A stretch of 64,000 bases of DNA from a virus (Duplodnaviria; Caudoviricetes). The stretch covers positions 11,170 to 75,169 of IMG/VR virus record IMGVR_UViG_2914150438_000002. One strand, given 5' to 3'. The translations under genes and the position numbers were made by a program. The notes beneath the pieces were generated by a model, which searched no databases, was not told the DNA's origin, and saw nothing but the letters and a program-made list of their open reading frames with translations. Shown here piece after piece: positions 1 to 10,521 of this stretch; the stretch's first letter is position 1, and each line of letters begins with the position of its first letter.

Positions 1-43
1 ACTTTTGTATCTTAGTAAAATGCGTAATATATCCATAATAATC

Positions 44-73
44 TTGACAAATGGGATTGTTTTGGGTTATAAT
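44..73 (+). promoter_or_regulatory. Sigma70-type promoter upstream of the integrase
   Basis: TTGACA (44-49), 18-nt spacer, TATAAT (68-73); ATG at 83. Confidence 0.7.
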
Positions 74-82
74 TACGCCACT

Positions 83-1261
83 ATGGCGAAGATTACTAAG
101 AGATATTGTGAAGGTAGAAAATCACCCTATCAACTGTTCTGGATTGAAGATGGCGTAAGGCATTCAAGGTTCTTTGAAACGGAGGAAGCGAGGGACGATT
201 TTTTAAGGCTTAATGGGCACTTGGATAAACGCTCTTTTGAGGCGCTTTTGGGAATTGACGAAAATACCATTTCGGACATCTCCTACATTGAGTCTATCAG
301 AGGGAACGTAAGTTTCCGCGATATGTGGGAATTTTGGGCAAAGAACCACAAATCAAGGCGCGTATTAACTCTTTGGGACGCTTGCGACGAATATCTGCGG
401 GATATGCGCAAAGCTGAAAAAGCCAAGCCCGAACATATAAGGCACGTCCGACGAGTCTTGGAAGTTCTTGTTGAATCATTTGGCGATAGACTCTTACAGG
501 ATATAAGCCGCAATGAGTTGGAAAATTGGCTAAAATCTCTAAAATTTGCTCCAGTCACAGTAAAGAATTGGAGGTCCAATATAACTGCCGCTTGGAACTG
601 GTTTGAGAAAAACGAACTAATTGAAAAGAACATAGCCAAGGGACTTGAATTGCCCAAAATTGAAATGGGCGAGATTGGAATACTAACTGTGGAGGAAACT
701 GAAAGATTATTCCGAGCAAATGAAAAGATAGATCCAGAAGTCTGCGGCTTAATGGCACTGGGGCTATTTGCGGGAATGAGAACGTCTGCTATTCCGAGGG
801 TTGAGTATAATGAAATCACAATGCGACAAGGAATTTTAACGCCCGCTGAAAAGACCAAGAAAAACCGCAGAAACTATATAGAAAACCTCCCAGACAATCT
901 CTGGGCTTGGTTGGAACGGACGCCAAAGTCTGCCTTTGGGTGGTGTGAACGCAAGTGGAAAAAGCGCCGAGAGAGTGCCCTGCGCAGAGCGGGATTGCTC
1001 GTGAATGGGAAACAGTTAAAAACTCCAGACGAGAATGGCAAATTCCCACAAAAGAGGATACCGCCCCACAATGCTTTCAGGCACAGTTTTGCAAGCTACC
1101 ACGTTGCTTGGAAAAGAGACTTCCAAGATACTGCTTTGATAATGTCCCACAAAGGCACGGACATACTCTTTAAACACTACCGAGGGGTAGCGACTAAGGA
1201 AGATGCAGAGAGGTATTTTAAGATATATCCGACAGAATATAAGAAAAAGAATGTGAATTAA
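83..1261 (+). CDS. int: Phage integrase, tyrosine recombinase family
   Basis: GMRTSAI (R), KTKK (K), HNAFRHSFASY, MSH and FKHYR catalytic motifs; N-terminal SAM-like core-binding region. Start placed at ATG 83, just after the promoter. Confidence 0.93.
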   Translation: MAKITKRYCEGRKSPYQLFWIEDGVRHSRFFETEEARDDFLRLNGHLDKRSFEALLGIDENTISDISYIESIRGNVSFRDMWEFWAKNHKSRRVLTLWDACDEYLRDMRKAEKAKPEHIRHVRRVLEVLVESFGDRLLQDISRNELENWLKSLKFAPVTVKNWRSNITAAWNWFEKNELIEKNIAKGLELPKIEMGEIGILTVEETERLFRANEKIDPEVCGLMALGLFAGMRTSAIPRVEYNEITMRQGILTPAEKTKKNRRNYIENLPDNLWAWLERTPKSAFGWCERKWKKRRESALRRAGLLVNGKQLKTPDENGKFPQKRIPPHNAFRHSFASYHVAWKRDFQDTALIMSHKGTDILFKHYRGVATKEDAERYFKIYPTEYKKKNVN

Positions 1262-2340
1262 ATATCTGGATAATTAAAATCTTCCGTAGATTTTATTTCA
1301 TCACCTACTTCAACAAAAACTTCGGAATGCGAACGATGTTGCTCATCTCGACTTATTAGCCTAAAGTTTACGATAATATTACCGTCTTTGTAGCTAAGAG
1401 CCGTTTGCGACTTGCTCATATTGAAGAATTCACGAAAATCCTTATTTAGTCTTTTGAGCGAAACCCTTATAGTATTTTCATCGGTATAATTTAGATGTAG
1501 GCGATTATTTGCCAGTTTGTAGAGAATTTTCCAATATGAATTTACTTCTTTTGTATTATCATTTCGGAAAATCGAAACATCACAGTATGAAAATCGCATA
1601 GAGTCTTCCCCGAATTTTATAAGGACCTCGTTTGCGTTAATAAATTCCATAGAGAGTTTCGCAAGCGTCCGAATTTCTGGTTCACGACCAACGGCGGACT
1701 TCCAAGAATAATAGCCGTCTTTTCGTCTCATTATTCTTGGTTGCTCGATGAGTTTTTTCCATTTGCCGATAACTTTAAAACCATTTTCAGCAAGGCTAAT
1801 GCAATCTTCAAAAGAAATACATTCCCCTTGATGTTTAGATACAAAATCTTGAACGTCTCCCGTAATATTGCCTAAAGCTATTACAAGAGGTTTTTGTCCG
1901 CCATACCAATCAGACATGGCGATAACAGCTTTATAACTGTCAAAAAGCAAAAATACGCGAAAGTCCGCCCTTGCGGCGATAGTACCCAAATAGAATATAC
2001 CATCGGAATACGGAGAGTTGGAAACTGTATTATTGGGATTTAGGCAATGCGAGATAGCTTCGGCAAAGCCGCGTCTATTGAGCTCTAACTTCAATACATC
2101 TTTTGAAGTTAGTTCAAATTCGCATTCCTCACCGATTGCATACCAATGACCGCACACATTTCTTAGTTGGAATTCCTCGTTTCCGTCAGAAAATTCGTTG
2201 ACAGTTTCACCATTGGCAAAACAGAGACATTGATGCGTTATAAGCCACTTCTTTTTGCTTTCTCCGAGTAAACGAGACCAGAGGTAATTACTGTACGGGA
2301 GCGACTTGTTTTGCCTGTACCATTTCAGAAAGCTTCTCAT
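1258..2340 (-). CDS. Hypothetical protein with possible C-terminal winged-helix segment
   Basis: 360-aa ORF overlapping the upstream 384-aa ORF. C-terminal NTIRVSLKRLNKDFREFF resembles a wHTH recognition helix (inference). Confidence 0.7.
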   Translation of the reverse strand: MRSFLKWYRQNKSLPYSNYLWSRLLGESKKKWLITHQCLCFANGETVNEFSDGNEEFQLRNVCGHWYAIGEECEFELTSKDVLKLELNRRGFAEAISHCLNPNNTVSNSPYSDGIFYLGTIAARADFRVFLLFDSYKAVIAMSDWYGGQKPLVIALGNITGDVQDFVSKHQGECISFEDCISLAENGFKVIGKWKKLIEQPRIMRRKDGYYSWKSAVGREPEIRTLAKLSMEFINANEVLIKFGEDSMRFSYCDVSIFRNDNTKEVNSYWKILYKLANNRLHLNYTDENTIRVSLKRLNKDFREFFNMSKSQTALSYKDGNIIVNFRLISRDEQHRSHSEVFVEVGDEIKSTEDFNYPDI

Positions 2341-3442
2341 CGGAATTGTCTATTGAAAATCCGTTTTGTATAAAGAATTTATCTACCAGTTCCTCGTCGC
2401 AACCATTTGGGAATTCCGAACGGTTTGCCCCCGATAGTTTTACCCTAAATTTAGAAGCTGTATTGCGAAAAGAAAAGAGGAATGTAATGGAAAGAATTTC
2501 CACATTTCGCTCCATACATGAGAAAACTTCCTTTGAGACATTATTACGGCAATCCTTTACACAGCCGTTGTCATCCTTATATGTGAATGCGCCGACCTCT
2601 ACATGTGCAATTTCGTTTGATAGTTCACCGATGGAAAGAGAATTTGAATTACAAAGGTTGTTAAGGTTGTATTTTGCGTTAATTTCATACTTGGCATCAG
2701 GCATAAATTCCGCACCGAATATTTTGCAGTAATTGCGCTTCAGAATCTTTGCGGAACACTTTTTAGTAAATATCGAAATTTCTCCATTCAATAAATTCAC
2801 GCGGATAATATCGACAAGCTCTGGGCGGAATGTATGTACTTTTTGTTCATCAACAGAATTTTCGCGGGTCTTGGGCGCTCCGTGGGAAACGCAATAAAAC
2901 GCGTATTTTCCCATGAGGTGGACGTATATTTCGATATACTTGGATTTTCCGCAGGACTCGAAATAAGAGGAAAGATTTTTCTTCAAGTGAGTAATTTGTT
3001 TAGGTGAAAGCGGATCTACTCTTGCGAATACCTGAGGTCGGAAATGTTCATAAGTATGCTGTTCTTCAGCAAGCCGTCTTGACGCTATAAAATTACATCT
3101 CTTTATACTTTTCAGAACGAGTTTTGCCGCTATTGCGTACACGTCATCTGTTGGTAGGGTTGGAATGCCAAGAGAATCAAGTTGGCTTACAATAGCTTCA
3201 TAGAGTTCGGGTTTAGCTATCGAATGGAAGGCATAAAGCCTGTCCTCGACAATAGAATCGCAATTTTCATGAAGATAATAGGCGAGCTTGGAATATTGGA
3301 ATTTCGCCTTACCTTTATCGTCAGTTTCCCAGAGTTTTAGGGTTTCAAGTTCTCCTTTCATAGGGGTTAATAGCTCGGCGAGGTCATCGACGTGAGCCTT
3401 GGTTAGTAGTGAAATTGATATAAATGATTTAATTGAAGCCAT
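2288..3442 (-). CDS. Hypothetical protein, first gene of a two-gene leftward operon
   Basis: 384-aa ORF with protein-like composition; no catalytic motif recognised. Confidence 0.75.
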   Translation of the reverse strand: MASIKSFISISLLTKAHVDDLAELLTPMKGELETLKLWETDDKGKAKFQYSKLAYYLHENCDSIVEDRLYAFHSIAKPELYEAIVSQLDSLGIPTLPTDDVYAIAAKLVLKSIKRCNFIASRRLAEEQHTYEHFRPQVFARVDPLSPKQITHLKKNLSSYFESCGKSKYIEIYVHLMGKYAFYCVSHGAPKTRENSVDEQKVHTFRPELVDIIRVNLLNGEISIFTKKCSAKILKRNYCKIFGAEFMPDAKYEINAKYNLNNLCNSNSLSIGELSNEIAHVEVGAFTYKDDNGCVKDCRNNVSKEVFSCMERNVEILSITFLFSFRNTASKFRVKLSGANRSEFPNGCDEELVDKFFIQNGFSIDNSDEKLSEMVQAKQVAPVQ

Positions 3443-3987
3443 ATTTTTTAGAACTGGTTATACGAGCCGACATTTTTTCCAATGTAAAGCTCAGTTTCGT
3501 TAAAACTAAATATACCTCGGAACGAAAAAAGGAGGTGGTCGTTGCGCCTTGCGGCCGCACACGCCTAAGTAGGCAAAATTTGACCTAATTAGGTGGGCAA
3601 ACAGTTTCCCGAAAGCCGACATAAAAAGCCGATACAGAATCCCTTTTACGACTTTTATAATTTCTATCTATCGAATATTTTTCCCATTAGTCAATAAGTT
3701 TTTAATATATTTATAATTATGCAAATAACAGCAGGTTATTGCATAAAATGGAGAAAAGGTCTAATTCTCATTAAAGGGTACAAGAGAAAGTCCCACTTGA
3801 GAGCTTTCCATTGGACACGCTTCTTTTAACTATCGCATATTCAATAAGTTAATTTGGGTACAAAAGAAGCGAGGGTACTGTACCCAACCGTTGGGTGCGG
3901 CGCGAGTTCAACAACAAAGAACTCTCAGCGTTTCACCCAAAATTTTAACCCTACTCGTGTCGCTAAGGGGAAGCGCTTCGGAAAGCA

Positions 3988-4407
3988 ATGGAAGCGAAAA
4001 GCGACAGTGAGATTTTAGCAAATCGAATATTGCGGCTTGAGGAAATAGTCAGGGCGCAAAACGACCTGCTTATGACTCTCTCTGAGCGGATTGGCGACAC
4101 CTTCGCAAGGCAGGCATTTTCGGTGAAAGACTTAATGGACAGGTGGAATTGTTCGGAAACGTGTGTCCGAAAAGTCGTTAAGTCCCATAGGCTGAAACTG
4201 CTTCGCGGGCCGAATGGCAAGCCGCGTTCTCCTATTGCGGTGCTTAGAAGTTCTGTTTTGGAGTACGAAAACGGGAACACACTGTTGCCTGTTTCGAGAA
4301 GGAAGACAAAACCCGCGCCTACTTGGTCGGAAAGACCTTATCTTCCCAAGCCTGAAATTCGCAAGTGCCACTCCGAGACGAGAGTTCGCAAACTCGGAGA
4401 AATCTAA
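3988..4407 (+). CDS. Helix-turn-helix DNA-binding protein (excisionase/Cro-like)
   Basis: FSVKDLMDRWNCSETCVRKVVKSHRL is an Xis/HTH_17-like motif; first gene of the rightward early operon. Confidence 0.65.
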   Translation: MEAKSDSEILANRILRLEEIVRAQNDLLMTLSERIGDTFARQAFSVKDLMDRWNCSETCVRKVVKSHRLKLLRGPNGKPRSPIAVLRSSVLEYENGNTLLPVSRRKTKPAPTWSERPYLPKPEIRKCHSETRVRKLGEI

Positions 4408-5403
4408 ATGCAGATTAAAACAGGTAAAATAATGCGCTCTCAAAGGGGCGTAATATATGGTTGCGAAGGTGTTGGCAAAAGCACATTTGCATCGAAATTC
4501 CCCAAGCCGCTATTTGCGGACTTGGAAGGCGGAACGGCACATCTTGACGTGCCGAGAATATCCGACCTCAACACATGGGAAACATTGCTTTCCTGCATAA
4601 ACGAACTCATAGCCGACAAGCAAGGCTTTAAAACTTTCGTACTCGATACGGCAGATTGGGCTGAGCGCTTGTGCATTGAATTCCTTTGCAAGAAGTACAA
4701 GAAGACCGGTCTCGAAGACTTTAATTACGGCAAAGGCTACCAGTATCTCGCGGAAGAATATGCGAGAATGTTGGCAAATCTTAGCAAGTTGCAGAATTCG
4801 GGAATGCACGTTCTTGTCTTGGCGCACTCGACAATAAAAAAGCTCGAGTTGCCCGAGGAAAACGGAACATACGACCACTACGAGTTGAAATGTTCAAGGG
4901 GTGTATCCCCGCTTATCAAAGAGTGGGCTGACGGACTGTTGTTTGCAAATTACCGCACATACATACAGTCGAGCGCAAGCGGCAAAGGCAAGGCCGTAGG
5001 AGGCAAAGAGAGAGTTCTCTACACCGAGCATACATCGTTTTGCGATGCAAAGAACCGCTGGGGACTTTCGGGAGTTTTACCGCTTAGTTTCGATAGCGTA
5101 AAGGATATATTCAGCACCGAATTTTCTTCTTTGGAAGAACACGAAGATAAGACTTCTGGAAATCTTGAAATTAGCGATTCTCCGAAAGCGGATATGGCGC
5201 TTCTTGAAGCGGCTATGGAGTTTTCGGCAATTTCGCCAGATGAACTGAACGATTATCTGAGGGGTAATAATCCGAAGCGCAATGCGCTCATAAAAAGCAA
5301 TCAGACGTACAAAGACCTATCAGAGTCTCTCCTCGCAAAAATCGCGGAGGAAAAGAACTGGGAGAAGGTGGAAGCTTATATTTCGGAAAGGAGGGCTAAG
5401 TAA
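4408..5403 (+). CDS. Phage AAA_24-type ATPase (Sak4-like recombination protein)
   Basis: Walker A YGCEGVGKST, Walker B VLDTAD, and DAKNRW C-terminal motif. Confidence 0.85.
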   Translation: MQIKTGKIMRSQRGVIYGCEGVGKSTFASKFPKPLFADLEGGTAHLDVPRISDLNTWETLLSCINELIADKQGFKTFVLDTADWAERLCIEFLCKKYKKTGLEDFNYGKGYQYLAEEYARMLANLSKLQNSGMHVLVLAHSTIKKLELPEENGTYDHYELKCSRGVSPLIKEWADGLLFANYRTYIQSSASGKGKAVGGKERVLYTEHTSFCDAKNRWGLSGVLPLSFDSVKDIFSTEFSSLEEHEDKTSGNLEISDSPKADMALLEAAMEFSAISPDELNDYLRGNNPKRNALIKSNQTYKDLSESLLAKIAEEKNWEKVEAYISERRAK

Positions 5404-5846
5404 TGAATACCTCCGATAACGAAAGATTGGATTGGAATTCCGAAACTTCACAAGAGGCGAAGGAATTTACGGTACTTCCAGAAAACACTGTTGTTGACTT
5501 TACCGTTGTTGGATTTGAGCGGGCCACCACCGCAAAAGGCGACAATATGGCAAAGCTCACGCTCAGATGCAGAACTTCTGACGGTTTGGAAGCGACGTTG
5601 CGCGAGAACTTGGTGCTTTTGCGCAGGTGTGAATGGAAGATAAACCAATTCTTTACTTGTGTTGGGCTTCGCAGGCATGGCGAACGTTCAGTTCCGAAGT
5701 GGGACAAAGTAAACGGAAGTAGAGGCAAGGCTCGCCTTGGCATCGAGAAATGGGAGGGACGAGACGGAAAAATGTATGACGGGAATGTCATCAAGGACTA
5801 TCTCGAACCCGAAGCGTCGGATAATGACGATGAGGACATTTTCTAA
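5403..5846 (+). CDS. Phage single-stranded DNA-binding protein (DUF669-like)
   Basis: OB-fold-like pattern (EFTVLP...WKINQFFTCVG) with acidic tail DNDDEDIF; follows the AAA_24 gene. Confidence 0.7.
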   Translation: MNTSDNERLDWNSETSQEAKEFTVLPENTVVDFTVVGFERATTAKGDNMAKLTLRCRTSDGLEATLRENLVLLRRCEWKINQFFTCVGLRRHGERSVPKWDKVNGSRGKARLGIEKWEGRDGKMYDGNVIKDYLEPEASDNDDEDIF

Positions 5847-5858
5847 GGGAGGTTTGCT

Positions 5859-6494
5859 ATGGAAATCGTATTCAATGTTGAAACCGACGGACTTCCCCGA
5901 GACGAAATTCAGCACCTCATGCCTGAATTTTCCGCTCCGAGTAATTACAAGGACGCAGAAAAAATACAAACGTGGAAAGCGAGGAAGCAGGAAGAATGGT
6001 TCTTGGACGCACCGAGTTCGGCTCTCTCTGGGAGAGTCATGGCTATTGGTATCCAAAAGCCAAATCAAACCCCGCTTGTAATCATAGATTCCGATGAAGC
6101 CGATATTTTAAGGCAATTTTGGAATTACTACCGTTCAAATGCGGATTGCAAGTTTGTTGGGTTTAATATCTACGCTTGGGCCATTCCCTTCTTAGTAAGG
6201 CGTTCATGGGCAAACCGAGTTATAGTGCCGAAGATTCTCAATGGTCGCTACCTTAACGGCAACTTCATAGATTTGTTGCAAGTCTGGGGGTGTGGGACAT
6301 TCGAGAAGGCATCTCTTGGCAACATAGCGCGATTCTTTGGGATAAAGCGCAAAGACGAAGAAATAAACTTCAACGCAATGTGGCAGATAAGCCCAAGTCG
6401 CGCTATCGAGAAGCTAAAATCCGACGTATTGTCTATTCGGCGCATAGGCGAAGCTATGGGTGTTGTCAGGGAGGAGGATTCCGATGAATGGTAA
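5859..6494 (+). CDS. PolB-type 3'-5' exonuclease-fold protein, probably inactive
   Basis: IVFNVET / FVGFNIYAWAIPFL / KSDVLS align with ExoI/II/III, but the ExoI and ExoII Asp residues are replaced. Confidence 0.7.
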   Translation: MEIVFNVETDGLPRDEIQHLMPEFSAPSNYKDAEKIQTWKARKQEEWFLDAPSSALSGRVMAIGIQKPNQTPLVIIDSDEADILRQFWNYYRSNADCKFVGFNIYAWAIPFLVRRSWANRVIVPKILNGRYLNGNFIDLLQVWGCGTFEKASLGNIARFFGIKRKDEEINFNAMWQISPSRAIEKLKSDVLSIRRIGEAMGVVREEDSDEW

Positions 6495-6972
6495 AATCAT
6501 AATCGGAATAGACGCGGGTGTAAACGGAGGATATGCAATCCTCCACCCGCACCCTCTCTGCGCGAATGTGGCGGACGCACTGAACGATATACAGTTCTTC
6601 GCTGAGGCAATGCGCAAACTGAAGGAATATTCCCAAAAGTGCAATATTCCTTTGAAGGCTTATGTTGAGCAAGTAAGCGGCTATATAAGTTGCAAACACG
6701 CCCAACCCGCAAGCCGCTCCTTTGTCCTCGGCAAGTCTTACGGAGAAGTAATCGGTATTCTTATCGCTTTGGAGATTCCCTTTAAGACGGTGACTCCCCA
6801 AAAGTGGCAAGGAGAAATTTTGCCCGAAGTGAAAGGATTGGAATATAACGAGCGAAAACGCCGCCTTCGGGAACACGCATACAAGCTGTATGCGTTCTTA
6901 AAGCCGACCTTAAAAATAGCCGACGCAATCCTTATTGCCGAATACGGAAGGAGGGTTTCCAATGGAGCTTAG
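6484..6972 (+). CDS. RuvC-like Holliday junction resolvase
   Basis: IIGIDAG, YVEQV, VTPQKWQ and ADAILIA motifs; GGAGG ribosome-binding site before ATG 6484. Confidence 0.8.
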   Translation: MNGKIIIGIDAGVNGGYAILHPHPLCANVADALNDIQFFAEAMRKLKEYSQKCNIPLKAYVEQVSGYISCKHAQPASRSFVLGKSYGEVIGILIALEIPFKTVTPQKWQGEILPEVKGLEYNERKRRLREHAYKLYAFLKPTLKIADAILIAEYGRRVSNGA

Positions 6973-8509
6973 ACCGTATCAGCAAAAGGCGGTGGATTCT
7001 ATTTTTAAGTCTTGGGGTGAGTTCGACAAAACATTGCTTGTGCTTCCCACGGGGTGCGGAAAAACCGTGTGTTTCGCAAAGGTTGCGGAGCGTGCGTTAA
7101 AGGACGGGGGTAAAGCCCTCGTCCTCGCCCACCGTGAGGAACTCCTGACACAAGCCAGAGATAAAATAGCCGCTGTGACTGGGCTTTCTTGCGCATTTGA
7201 AAAGGCGGGAGAATCGGCTATAGGCAGTCTTTATCCCATTACTTGCGCTTCTGTTCAGACGCTAATGCGCGAAAGTAGGCTTAGGAGGTTCTCTCCAGAC
7301 CATTACGGAACTATCATTGTTGACGAAGCCCACCACGCATTGAGCGATTCATATCAAAATATTTTAAGGTATTTCTCGTCGGCAAAGGTGTTGGGCGTGA
7401 CGGCAACGCCAGATCGAGGAGACAAGCAAAATCTCGGGAAGTATTTTGAGGACATCGCCTATGAATACTCAATTCGGGACGCCATAAAAGAGGGGTATCT
7501 GTCGAAGATACTCGTACAGACAATCCCGCTTAAAATATCATTAAAAGGCGTAAAGACAACGGCGGGAGACTATTCTGCCGATGACTTGGGGTCCGCGATA
7601 GACCCATATCTTGAGGAAATCGCAAAACACATTCCAAGAGAGCGAAAGACGTTAATCTTTCTTCCGCTAATTGCCACATCTCAGCGAATGGCGCAAATCC
7701 TAAAATCGCTTGGGCACAAGGCGGAGCATATTTCGGGAGAATCGGGCGAGAGAAAGAAAATTCTCGAACGCTTCCACAGTAGCGAATGTACAGTGCTATG
7801 TAATTCAATGCTTCTTACCGAAGGTTATGACGAGCCAAGCGTCGATTGTGTCGTATGCTTAAGACCAACTAAAATCCGCTCGCTATACGCCCAAATTATA
7901 GGGCGCGGAACTCGAACATGCGAAGGCAAAGAGAATCTTCTTGTCTTGGATTTTCTATGGCAATCAGAGCAACACAATCTTTGCCACCCTGCTAACCTCA
8001 TTGCCAATAAACCAGATGTTGCCGAGCAGATGACCAAAATAGCCGAAGGCGGCAAGTTGTTCGATTTAGGCGAGCTTGAGCAGGAAGCAGAATGCACTGC
8101 CCGCCAAGAGCGCGAGAAATCCTTAGCCGACGCAATAAAGGCAAATTCGCTAAAGAAAAGCAGGTTAATAGACCCAATCGAGTATGCGCTTTTTACACAC
8201 GACGACGAGCTTCAAAGCTACTCGCCGACTTTCAAATGGGAGCGTGAAGCACCTACGCAAAAGCAGTTGCAAGCACTTGAGCGTTTACAGTTCAACCCGA
8301 AGGCAATTCAAAGCAGAGGTTTTGCGTCATTACTTTTGGGGAACGCCATAAACCGACGTTCGCGCAATCTCGCAACGCCTAAGCAAATAAAAATTCTCAA
8401 CCGCTTTGGCTATAAGAATGCCGAGAGTTTCGGATTTGATTTTGCCACAAAACTAATCACAGACCTCGCAAATAACGGCTGGAGGAGGAAGCAATGGAAA
8501 AAAATATAA
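6962..8509 (+). CDS. Superfamily II DEAD/DEAH-box helicase
   Basis: LRPYQ, LPTGCGKT, DEAHH, TATP, LTEGYD and QIIGRGTR motifs. Confidence 0.93.
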   Translation: MELRPYQQKAVDSIFKSWGEFDKTLLVLPTGCGKTVCFAKVAERALKDGGKALVLAHREELLTQARDKIAAVTGLSCAFEKAGESAIGSLYPITCASVQTLMRESRLRRFSPDHYGTIIVDEAHHALSDSYQNILRYFSSAKVLGVTATPDRGDKQNLGKYFEDIAYEYSIRDAIKEGYLSKILVQTIPLKISLKGVKTTAGDYSADDLGSAIDPYLEEIAKHIPRERKTLIFLPLIATSQRMAQILKSLGHKAEHISGESGERKKILERFHSSECTVLCNSMLLTEGYDEPSVDCVVCLRPTKIRSLYAQIIGRGTRTCEGKENLLVLDFLWQSEQHNLCHPANLIANKPDVAEQMTKIAEGGKLFDLGELEQEAECTARQEREKSLADAIKANSLKKSRLIDPIEYALFTHDDELQSYSPTFKWEREAPTQKQLQALERLQFNPKAIQSRGFASLLLGNAINRRSRNLATPKQIKILNRFGYKNAESFGFDFATKLITDLANNGWRRKQWKKI

Positions 8510-10521
8510 GCGAAATTTTATCATTCCTTACACAATCTCAAGTTGACGACTATGATACTTGGCTAAAGGTCGGCATGGCTTTACACGCCGACGGGCAACC
8601 GTGTTATGTATGGGACGAGTGGAGTAAAAACTCCCATAAATACCAAGAGGGAGCGTGCGAGAAGCATTGGAAAACTTTTGGAAATTACTCTGGAGCGAAT
8701 GTCGGGATAGGTTCAATCGTACAAATGGCAAAAGACAACGGCTACAAGCCCTCTGACGGCTTTTCTTGGAACGACCCTATCGGACGTTCAAACGGGTGTG
8801 AAAACGCCCTTAAAGCCCCAAATTTGGAGTTAAAGGAATATCTGAGGGCTTTATTCAGGCCGGGTGATACGGTAAATTTTGTAGTAAGCTCGTTTGAAAA
8901 GGACGGAAAATTCCTGCCAAGTGGTAAAGGCGCCAATAAGTCTTTTGAAGAACTTATCAAAGCCTGCGACACTTACGAGGACATAGGCTACATTCTTGGA
9001 GATTGGAATCCCAAGGCTGGAGCTTGGGCAAGAATTAACCCAATGTCGGGAGAAGGTTGCAAGAATTCCGATGTAGAGGAGTTCAGGCATTGTTTAATCG
9101 AATCCGATTCACTCCCCAAGGAGGAACAATTAAGAAAGATACGCGAATTAAATCTGCCGTGTTCTGCCCTTGTCGATTCTGGAGGAAAGTCGATTCACGC
9201 CATAGTAAAAATCGACGCGGGAAAAGATGAAAAGCTCTATCGGGAACGGGTATCCAAGCTTCACGAGTTTCTTGCAAAAAACGGTTTTCCCGTAGATAAG
9301 GCCTGCAAGAATGCAAGCCGCCTATCGCGAATTGCCGCAGTCACCAGAGATGGAAAGCGGCAAAGGCTAATTGCCGTAAATATTGGTATGCCATCTTATC
9401 AGCAATGGCAGGATAATTGCGATATTGGCAATGTGATTTCAAATACGATCGACGATTTTTGGAACGCAAACGCCAACGATATGTCGGACTGTCTATTGGG
9501 ATTTCGCTTCTTGTGCACACAATGCCCTTGGCTGATTGTGGCGGCTTCTGGCGTCGGGAAATCCGTTCTGGCTATGCAGATGTCCATTCTCTTTGCGACA
9601 GGCAGAGACCTGTGGAAATTGGAACCCCACAAGCCGAGAAAGGTTATCCTTATACAGGCGGAAAATAACTTTCTCGACCTTGTAGAACCCGCCCAGTCAA
9701 TCACGCGCATATTGAACCTGTCTGAACAAGAAAAGGCTGATTTACGCAAGAATTTCCGTGTCGTATCCGATGACACACATTCTGGAGAGGGATTTGTGCG
9801 ATTGCTCGAAAACATCTGCGAAAGATACAAGCCTGAAATCGTCATAGTTGACCCTCTAATGGCTTATATCGGCGGGGATATTTCCAAGCAGGAAGTATGC
9901 ACAAAGTTCTTCCGAAATGGCATAAACCCAATAATCCACAAACACAATGTCGGCTTGATTGTCCTGCACCACACAGGCAAGCAAAAAGCCAAGGATTTAA
10001 AGCAATTCGAGGCGAATACCGACTTGGAATACCTCGGAATTGGCTCGTCCGACATCACGAACTGGGCGCGTGCGGTGTCCATTATCATGCCGTCCCGCCA
10101 CGATAAGAACATCTACGAGTTTAAACACGTCAAGCGCGGAAGGCGCACAGGCTCCGATCCTGTAATCTACCTGAAGCAAGGTTCAGACCATAAGGACATC
10201 TTCTGGTATATCGCCGAAAAGCCCGCCAAAGTCGTAAGGACCCAAAAAGGAGACGGCAAATACAATCCCAACACAAACCCCATTTATGAAAAATTAGGGT
10301 TGGAACAGATGTCGCCTATTTCAAAGACGAAACTCTTTGAACACATCAAAAACAAGCTGGCAAGTTTGGGCGAGCCTTGCGCAGATTCTGACGTTCAAAG
10401 AATCTTCAACAATACCAAAAAGACCTATATGGTATTTGACGAAGTATCCAAACTTTGGAGAGGCAGATTATATATCCCAGAAACCGCTTTTAATAAGCCT
10501 ACCGAGGGAGGTGCGCTATGA
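8494..10521 (+). CDS. Primase-helicase (PriCT-2, primase-like middle region, AAA_25/RepA helicase)
   Basis: DYDTWLKVGMALH...WDEWS (PriCT-2); DSGGKSIHA; Walker A AASGVGKS, Walker B IVDPL, and LHHTGK. Confidence 0.88.
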   Translation: MEKNISEILSFLTQSQVDDYDTWLKVGMALHADGQPCYVWDEWSKNSHKYQEGACEKHWKTFGNYSGANVGIGSIVQMAKDNGYKPSDGFSWNDPIGRSNGCENALKAPNLELKEYLRALFRPGDTVNFVVSSFEKDGKFLPSGKGANKSFEELIKACDTYEDIGYILGDWNPKAGAWARINPMSGEGCKNSDVEEFRHCLIESDSLPKEEQLRKIRELNLPCSALVDSGGKSIHAIVKIDAGKDEKLYRERVSKLHEFLAKNGFPVDKACKNASRLSRIAAVTRDGKRQRLIAVNIGMPSYQQWQDNCDIGNVISNTIDDFWNANANDMSDCLLGFRFLCTQCPWLIVAASGVGKSVLAMQMSILFATGRDLWKLEPHKPRKVILIQAENNFLDLVEPAQSITRILNLSEQEKADLRKNFRVVSDDTHSGEGFVRLLENICERYKPEIVIVDPLMAYIGGDISKQEVCTKFFRNGINPIIHKHNVGLIVLHHTGKQKAKDLKQFEANTDLEYLGIGSSDITNWARAVSIIMPSRHDKNIYEFKHVKRGRRTGSDPVIYLKQGSDHKDIFWYIAEKPAKVVRTQKGDGKYNPNTNPIYEKLGLEQMSPISKTKLFEHIKNKLASLGEPCADSDVQRIFNNTKKTYMVFDEVSKLWRGRLYIPETAFNKPTEGGAL

